Source: a virus
Virus record (IMG/VR): IMGVR_UViG_3300024978_000002
DNA length: 31,883 bases
Direction: 5' to 3' (one strand)
The notes under the pieces: model-generated
The model's input: only the letters and a program-made list of their open reading frames with translations
The model's database searches: none
Told to the model about the DNA's origin: nothing
Part shown: one piece after another, positions 25,516-31,883 of the stretch
How positions within the stretch are numbered: the first letter of the stretch is position 1
Layout of the letters: each line of letters opens with the position of its first letter
Program-made: the position numbers and the translations under genes

Positions 25516-27627
25516 TTACGCCGTCAACTCCAGATCGCTCGAGCGATGGGCCACGACGGTATACGTTCCAACCGTCCGCATGGACTCGCCATACATGTGG
25601 ATGTCCGTCCGCCAGCTATATCCACGCTGCTCGTCGGCCGCCGTGAAATATGTATCCGGCTGCACCGTCACGCGGCCGTCATACCGACCTTCCACCCGAT
25701 CGGAGATCAGCTGGTTGGACCGCATGATGAACTGCGCTTTCGTCATCTTACCGCTGATGCCCACGAGATCGCGGTAGACGCGCTGCGCCACCTTCTCGAG
25801 GTCCACGGCAATGGCCATGTTGAAGAAGCTGTTGAGTACCGAGGTGTCGTCGTCGTAGACCGTCTGGATCGCCGGCCAGAACACCGAACGCATATCGTAG
25901 TTCTGCGCCCACACCAAACCGTTTTTCCAGTCGTTGATACGCGCTGAGACACTCTTCAGCGTGATGTTCGAGTTCTTGAACAGCGTGAGCTGGTTATTCG
26001 ATGGCATGTCAAACGCCGCAGCGGCGTTCCAAATACCCGTACCCGCACCCATGTAATCCGCTGCCTTGGAAGCGAATTCCAGAGTGAACGGCAGGTGCTT
26101 GTAGCTACCTACACCCTTGTACTTGCTGTTCAAGAGTTCACCGGCGTGACCGATCACCAGCGCACGACAAACCATCGTGCCGTTGATCTCGGACTCCGGA
26201 TACAGGCGTGCGGCATTCTTCAGAGAGATCGCGATTGAGCTCTCCTGACTACCGGAGTTCAGCGGCTGCGAAGCGTCCTGGGTCGAGAGAATCACCGCGA
26301 CGTCTTTACGGAAGCCCAACGGAGAGAGCAGTGCCAGCTTGGTGTCCAGCGAGAAGCCCGAGTCGTAGTAGAACGAGAACGGATACTTGGCATCGTCCAC
26401 CAGGTCAAACGGGGAGGTGTCGTAGTTCGACATCACATTCGCCACCAGGGTGTCGAATGTCTCGAAGTTCATGGTGCCATCTGAACCACCCGTAGCCCAC
26501 ACAGCCGTGGAGTCGGAGAAACGAATACCGCCGTTAGCCGGACCTTCCAGCTCAAAGCTGTAGTAAGGCACGCCAAACTCATCAGTACCGTTCACCAGAT
26601 TCACGACATGGAGCCACTCCGACGTAGCGTCCATCGTGGCTTCATGGAGCAAGCCCAGAGGAGCTTCCAGACCACCCACCAACGTCAGAATCGTTTCCAG
26701 ATTGTCCTGGTAGACCTTGACGCGGCCAAACGGCCCGTAAACCGGTGTTACACCCTGACTGTCAGTGTCCTGGTACGATGCAAGGAACTGATCGTCCAGC
26801 GCGATCTCGGTATCGGTGACCGGATCGACCGCGCCGGTCTTAAAGGTGAAATCAATCGACTGATCTCCGGACAGCGTCTCGGTAACGTTCACGGTGGACG
26901 AAGCATCCGTACGGCTGACCAGTGCCAAACGATAAATGTAAGACTTCACCGCTGAAATTAAATCCGTGTTCACGGGGGCGGAAGACAGCGACGTGGGTGC
27001 CGTCAGACGCACACCCAGGTTGTTACCATAAGCGCCGAAGAAATTGGCTTCAAATTCAAGAATCGGATAGCTGGTTGACTGCGCTTCGGACGCACTGGTG
27101 AGTGAACCGGCCTTGGAGGCCACTTCACCGAACGGATCACCTGCACCGGCACCCAGGTCGTTCAGTACCCACTTGGCACGAGTACCAGCGATCTTGGCGT
27201 TGGCGCCAACCACTGCAATCTTGTTGCCGTCCTGGTCCAGCTGATAACTGCCGTCCGGGTTACGCTGATACTGCTGAATCTGGTCTTCCACGATATCTAG
27301 CGACAACAGAATACGTGACTTCGGACCGGCGTCGAGAGGCAGGACACGCTGCACGAAACAGGCGTTACCCTTACCGTTGACAATGCTGGTCAATTCGCTT
27401 TGGTGATTATAGTAGCCATAACGTGGATTCAGCGTCTTGGCACCATAAAGGGTCTGGAACCCGCCGCCGACAGCAAGCGTCGGCTCGAGTGGACCCTTCT
27501 CTGCAAAAAGGAAAACGTGGGGGAGGTGAGTGGGAACTTGCTCCGCCTCACGCACGGGCGCGCGACGGCTCACATCTTTGATACCCTGAAGAATCAGGTT
27601 TGGAGCAGCGCTAGTGATGTTGCTCAT
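25516..27627 (-). CDS. Contractile tail sheath protein (phiKZ gp29-like)
   Basis: 703 aa; N-terminal GIKDVSRR...PTHLPHVFLFAEKG, GGSDG, YDSGF, QTVYDDDTSVLNS motifs; AGGAG SD. Confidence 0.9.
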   Translation of the reverse strand: MSNITSAAPNLILQGIKDVSRRAPVREAEQVPTHLPHVFLFAEKGPLEPTLAVGGGFQTLYGAKTLNPRYGYYNHQSELTSIVNGKGNACFVQRVLPLDAGPKSRILLSLDIVEDQIQQYQRNPDGSYQLDQDGNKIAVVGANAKIAGTRAKWVLNDLGAGAGDPFGEVASKAGSLTSASEAQSTSYPILEFEANFFGAYGNNLGVRLTAPTSLSSAPVNTDLISAVKSYIYRLALVSRTDASSTVNVTETLSGDQSIDFTFKTGAVDPVTDTEIALDDQFLASYQDTDSQGVTPVYGPFGRVKVYQDNLETILTLVGGLEAPLGLLHEATMDATSEWLHVVNLVNGTDEFGVPYYSFELEGPANGGIRFSDSTAVWATGGSDGTMNFETFDTLVANVMSNYDTSPFDLVDDAKYPFSFYYDSGFSLDTKLALLSPLGFRKDVAVILSTQDASQPLNSGSQESSIAISLKNAARLYPESEINGTMVCRALVIGHAGELLNSKYKGVGSYKHLPFTLEFASKAADYMGAGTGIWNAAAAFDMPSNNQLTLFKNSNITLKSVSARINDWKNGLVWAQNYDMRSVFWPAIQTVYDDDTSVLNSFFNMAIAVDLEKVAQRVYRDLVGISGKMTKAQFIMRSNQLISDRVEGRYDGRVTVQPDTYFTAADEQRGYSWRTDIHMYGESMRTVGTYTVVAHRSSDLELTA

Positions 27628-27861
27628 GGAAAAAGCTCCTTGAAACTGGGCCAGTTTTGGTTGTCTGCAACGACGACTTTCCGGAACGCGACTCCGGAAA
27701 ATGACCGCCTTGCCGATGCAGACGGTGCAGTCTTATGCTATAGAAGCGGAGTGATGTCGCGCATCATGGTGTTCTACCTATGCGCCTGTCGCATCATAGT
27801 TATTACTCACGCGTCCCCTGTTGGAAAAAACACCACCTTTTACACCCCGTAGGAGTGCAAG

Positions 27862-28800
27862 ATGTTTCTCACCCCATACCAGACAACGGCTTGTTCTCCT
27901 TACGATACGAAAAGTATCCGTGCCGCATTACAGCGCAGTTTTGTTCATGGCGACCTAAAACTCGCAAAGACCTTGAAGGATACCACGGTCAAAGGGGTCT
28001 ATGTCCTCCCCCCATACGTTAAAGATATTTCTCCCTTCACGATGCCATTGGACGTAGAAACGCCGGAAGGTGTTTTGATTGCTTTGGATACGCGTGGAGT
28101 GACCAAGTCCGTGGGTGACGGCGAGCAATTTAAAATCGTGGCTCCTAGCGAATACGAAGGGGCGGTGCTACGCGGCGCTTTAACGCGGGCATGGATTGCA
28201 GGTGGCGCGAATGACATGCGGCGTTGGAACGATATCGCCGCGCGGGTATTCCTACGTCTTCTGACGGAGACACTGGTTCGCCGGTTAAATCTCTCCCCAG
28301 CCGAACAACAAGCGGTGTATGTCACCACGGGTTTGTTCTACTATTCCAATTTTGCCAACTACGACGATGTCACTAGCGGTGGTTTCTTGACCGGTAGTGA
28401 ACGCGAGCTTGTGGTCGTAGGTACAGCACGGTTGACAAAAATCAGTCCTCAGACGGTCTCCGATCTCTTGGGTACCCAGGTACCGGTGATCAAGGGCCTA
28501 GACGGTTACTGCGACGCTTTGCGTCAGATCGTCAAGAGTCCGCGTTTGGAGAAGGTCGACGCTGCTTTTGTGATCACATTAATGGGTGGGTATTGGTACG
28601 GTGGTAACGCACGTCTTGTGATGGCGGTAGCACTGGAGTATCCCCCGGTTTGGTACGCATTGATGTATCAGGCACTGAACGATCGCAGTTATCACGGGTC
28701 ACAACTGGCTAAAATGGCGAACGTTGAAGACCGTCAAAACGCGGGTGTAAAGTTCAGTCGAGACGTCCTCTCTTATTTGGAGCTGCTAGGTGATGAATGA
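27862..28800 (+). CDS. Virion structural protein (phiKZ gp28-like)
   Basis: 312 aa divergent from the sheath; MFLTPYQTT start, AGGAG SD, VALEYPP motif; synteny. Confidence 0.7.
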   Translation: MFLTPYQTTACSPYDTKSIRAALQRSFVHGDLKLAKTLKDTTVKGVYVLPPYVKDISPFTMPLDVETPEGVLIALDTRGVTKSVGDGEQFKIVAPSEYEGAVLRGALTRAWIAGGANDMRRWNDIAARVFLRLLTETLVRRLNLSPAEQQAVYVTTGLFYYSNFANYDDVTSGGFLTGSERELVVVGTARLTKISPQTVSDLLGTQVPVIKGLDGYCDALRQIVKSPRLEKVDAAFVITLMGGYWYGGNARLVMAVALEYPPVWYALMYQALNDRSYHGSQLAKMANVEDRQNAGVKFSRDVLSYLELLGDE

Positions 28801-31375
28801 TTTCCTGGTAGACCACGCCATTCGAAACGTGTGGTGTAACCCCAAACAAGACTTACAGGTGATCTATAAGCCGCAGCGTATTTCACCACTGCGTGGGGTA
28901 CGTACCAGCTTTAACCACCAATGGTCTACCATCCGGCTCCCGACGACGACGGACGTTTATCACATCTTCCAGATCGGTCAATACGCCCCTTATCTCTTGG
29001 GTTTGGGTGCTGGATTGGAGCAATGGACGGCAATCAACACATTGATGGAGTCGCAGAAACTCCTCGCTCAGCTCTATACCGCTGATGGTCGACAGTTCAG
29101 CCGGGGTGAGTCCTTTATCCTCGTCACGTCCAATAAAGACGTCTTGATCGCAATGCGAGAACAACGCCGTATTGCTGATCTGCGTAGTGTAGACATCTTC
29201 GTTCGTTTATATTCCAACGCGTACTTCAGTTCCGATCGCGCACAAAGTACGACCAACGGTATCCTCTGCCGAAGCACTAAAGTCACCAGTGCTGAACAAG
29301 CGCTCGATTTTCAACGGGACTTTTTAGACGCGCGAGACCACAAACCCGGAGCGACTTGGCTCTTTGTCAATGGTCTTCAAAAAGACGATTACCGTCCCTC
29401 CGATGTCGTTGTGGGCGATTACGTTGAGTACGTGAACGATAGTTCCGTCAAAGCCGTCAAGACGTTTGCGATTGCAAACCTGGACACCTTCGATTCCGTG
29501 CTGGATTTGAAACGAAAGTTTCTGCTCCATTATTCGGGCGATCAAGTGGATGGGATTGGAATTGATTACCGCGACGACATCGACGTCTACTTGACCAAGG
29601 TGAAATCGAACGGTCGTTTCAGTGGCGTGTATTATCACAAAAACAACACGGACGCGTTACGTCAAGTCACCCATCGTGACTACGCTGTGGTGGTGGACTA
29701 CATCACCGCTTACCAGCAAGCCCAATCAGCGGCGGGATGGGGATCAATTCAGGACCTGACGTTAACACTTTATATCCGACGCTCGGGTTACCAACGACCG
29801 TTGGTGTTTGAGGACCATCGCATTCAGGAACTCTATAAGTTGTCTGAGACCGACCGTTATCGCGCTTTAGTGGGTTTAGATTCCACTGTCACGAGCTGGC
29901 GAGCGGAGGAGCTAGAGAATTCTGACTATGTCAAGGTGATGGACGCTCGACAGCGTTATATCACCAACGACTTAGTGAGGGATGCTTACGGTTACAACGC
30001 CATGGCCAAACTTATTGGGGACACTCCTCAGTATGTAGGAAACGACGCTGGGCGTCCCGTGGTGAAACTTCCCTACGGTCTTTGGTCGAACTCCACGGCT
30101 TTCGAATATGATGCTAATGGGGTGTTAATCAACAGTTACGTCCATACGGCTGGTGCTGAATACACCCCGTTCAACGCCAATGGCGTGTTGGTCGAGACTT
30201 TGGTGGGGCGAGGTGGTAAGAAACTGGATATGGTTTTCCAGAAGCAAGACACCCCTATCGACCCTGCCTTCAGTTATCGTTATTACGTGACGATGATCGA
30301 CCACGGTGTTCCGTTACAAGACAAGTGGGTTGATGTCACCGGCGATGCCACGAAATACGAGATTGTGGATGGGAAAGTACATTGGCTGGTGGATTTCGCC
30401 AGTCACGTCGTGTGCGTAAAGTCCGATCAGTACTTCTTGAACTACTCGCTTTCACTCACTCCGACGAACGGCCTTGTGCGTTTCTCTGTTAGCGCTACCA
30501 CAACGTGGGTGGATCAGACTCAAGACAGCGTTCTGATAATCCCTCCAGGGAAACTCGATCTGTGGTTAAACAATCGAGCGTTGATTGAAAACCTTGACTA
30601 CTTCGTGCAGTGGCCAGAAATCGTCTTGACCAACAAGGCGTATTTGAATCCCCTGAATAAACAAACGTTAGTGGTACGTGCTACGGGGTTCTGCCAGAGC
30701 GACTTAACACGGGAACCGGTTAAAGAGGTTGGTTTCGTGCGGTGGGGGAAACTCTCTCGCAACAGTCGTTATGACTTGCGTGATGACCGAGTCATTCGTC
30801 TGGTGGCCGACGGTCGGGTGTTCCATCGTGATCAAGCCCATTTCGTAGAAAACGATCCTTCAGTGTGGATGGATGCCATTCCTAACGGCGCGCCTTACCT
30901 GTTGGACGATCTGGTGGTTCCTTTACGCCAAGTCGTGGATGGCGACACATATACGTTGAGAGATCACTCGCAGGCTATTGACCAAGTCATTTCTGATTAC
31001 TTAACACTGAAGCTTCCCGAGGACGTACCTGAAACACCCGATCCGATCGAAGACCTGTACGCAATCTACAGTCCCTTTACGGCAGCGATCATGTACGATC
31101 TGGTGAACGGGGTACTCTCTACCGAAGGTTTCCGGGGACAGTACTCGGATCTTGACGTCAAGAACTACCTGACGTCCTACGAATGGTTACTGGTTTACGA
31201 GCCCACACGACACGCTGTGGACCTCACACACGTTGCCGTACATCCTCACGATCGAACCACTGTGGTGGAGTTGGATGCGTATCAGTATTTCCTACTCAAC
31301 CGAGCCATCAAGGTCTTCCTGGAAGACAAGGTGGACATTACGCGCTTCGTGCGCATCAAGGATTCGTACATCTAA
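28793..31375 (+). CDS. Virion structural (baseplate-region) protein (phiKZ gp27-like)
   Basis: ~860 aa; FLVDHAIRNVWCNPKQD start, LRQVTHRDY, WRAEELENS, AYGYNA motifs; synteny. Confidence 0.75.
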   Translation: MNDFLVDHAIRNVWCNPKQDLQVIYKPQRISPLRGVRTSFNHQWSTIRLPTTTDVYHIFQIGQYAPYLLGLGAGLEQWTAINTLMESQKLLAQLYTADGRQFSRGESFILVTSNKDVLIAMREQRRIADLRSVDIFVRLYSNAYFSSDRAQSTTNGILCRSTKVTSAEQALDFQRDFLDARDHKPGATWLFVNGLQKDDYRPSDVVVGDYVEYVNDSSVKAVKTFAIANLDTFDSVLDLKRKFLLHYSGDQVDGIGIDYRDDIDVYLTKVKSNGRFSGVYYHKNNTDALRQVTHRDYAVVVDYITAYQQAQSAAGWGSIQDLTLTLYIRRSGYQRPLVFEDHRIQELYKLSETDRYRALVGLDSTVTSWRAEELENSDYVKVMDARQRYITNDLVRDAYGYNAMAKLIGDTPQYVGNDAGRPVVKLPYGLWSNSTAFEYDANGVLINSYVHTAGAEYTPFNANGVLVETLVGRGGKKLDMVFQKQDTPIDPAFSYRYYVTMIDHGVPLQDKWVDVTGDATKYEIVDGKVHWLVDFASHVVCVKSDQYFLNYSLSLTPTNGLVRFSVSATTTWVDQTQDSVLIIPPGKLDLWLNNRALIENLDYFVQWPEIVLTNKAYLNPLNKQTLVVRATGFCQSDLTREPVKEVGFVRWGKLSRNSRYDLRDDRVIRLVADGRVFHRDQAHFVENDPSVWMDAIPNGAPYLLDDLVVPLRQVVDGDTYTLRDHSQAIDQVISDYLTLKLPEDVPETPDPIEDLYAIYSPFTAAIMYDLVNGVLSTEGFRGQYSDLDVKNYLTSYEWLLVYEPTRHAVDLTHVAVHPHDRTTVVELDAYQYFLLNRAIKVFLEDKVDITRFVRIKDSYI

Positions 31376-31384
31376 TCCACGTCC

Positions 31385-31420
31385 GTAGGGAGGAGCTGTA
31401 CAGCTCCTCCCTACCCTTTT
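31385..31420 (+). terminator. Terminator-like palindrome
   Basis: Perfect 30-bp palindrome GTAGGGAGGAGCTGTACAGCTCCTCCCTAC (31385-31414) followed by CCTTTT. Confidence 0.7.
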
Positions 31421-31435
31421 CTTAGGAAGTCTCTC

Positions 31436-31883
31436 ATGCCAAATAGTGTTTTACCGCCCACGGTAATCGTGGACCCCAATCGTGGGTATCGCGAATGGCA
31501 TATCCGTGAAATCTTTGATCCTGGTAATGCCTCGTCCACCGGACAGTACGTACCGAACGTTGATGATTCGGTACGTGATTGGACACAAGGCGTCTTACGA
31601 GTCGTGTCGGTGGATTACACCACCGGTATTTCGATCCTTCAGAAATGGATTGAACCGGCTGACCCCAATCAAGTCGACGATAACGACATTCTCTTAGGTG
31701 CCGGTCCGGGAGATCAGTCAGAGTCTTACCGTCTTTTCCTTGACCAATCCGTGTTTCCACACACGTTGTCATTCAACGACCGCTTGCACTTCTACGGTAC
31801 AACCGTTCAATCGGTCAAAGTCTTTCTTGGGACGGATATCTCTGAACACGGCACGGTGATCTCCCAGTACTACGATTCAGCCG
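31436..31883 (+). CDS. Partial virion structural protein (phiKZ gp26-like), runs off the window
   Basis: Hand translation MPNSVLPPTVIVDPNRGYREWHIREIF...YVPNVDD...FLGTDISEHGTVISQYYDS is open to the end; AGGA SD. Confidence 0.75.
   Translation, partial: MPNSVLPPTVIVDPNRGYREWHIREIFDPGNASSTGQYVPNVDDSVRDWTQGVLRVVSVDYTTGISILQKWIEPADPNQVDDNDILLGAGPGDQSESYRLFLDQSVFPHTLSFNDRLHFYGTTVQSVKVFLGTDISEHGTVISQYYDSA

Noticed and set aside
24815-25947. 227-aa and 182-aa + strand ORFs opposite tube and sheath
   Set aside because: Antisense shadows of codon-biased genes, with no recognisable motifs.
1-31883. CRISPR array, tRNA genes, inteins or alternative genetic code
   Set aside because: No regularly spaced direct repeats, cloverleaf or intein motifs were seen by eye. 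Long ORFs read normally in the standard code, and the two premature stops are explained by introns.

Overview
A 31.9 kb segment of a phiKZ-like (Chimalliviridae-type) jumbo phage genome, identified from recognisable protein families and gene order. Left to right: a partial gp182-like tail gene; a giant gp181-like tail/tape-measure protein with a C-terminal GH19 muralytic domain; the virion RNA polymerase (vRNAP) beta' (gp180-like) and beta (gp178-like) genes; gp177/gp176-like genes; the gp175-like prohead protease; an accessory cassette of small genes (tiny HTH protein, DUF488-like protein, Ntn-hydrolase); tail tube and sheath; and gp28/27/26-like virion genes. The main result is that BOTH vRNAP subunit genes are split by group I introns at active-site motifs. 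Intron 1 (9335-10743) splits the catalytic D|FDGD loop of beta' and carries an HNH homing endonuclease apparently in its P1 loop. Intron 2 (15744-16104) splits the DDPKRV|NF motif of beta and has no ORF. Splice sites were inferred by hand from base-pairing and reading-frame restoration. phiKZ gene-number homologies are from recalled motifs and synteny, not from a search. No tRNA, rRNA or CRISPR array was seen.
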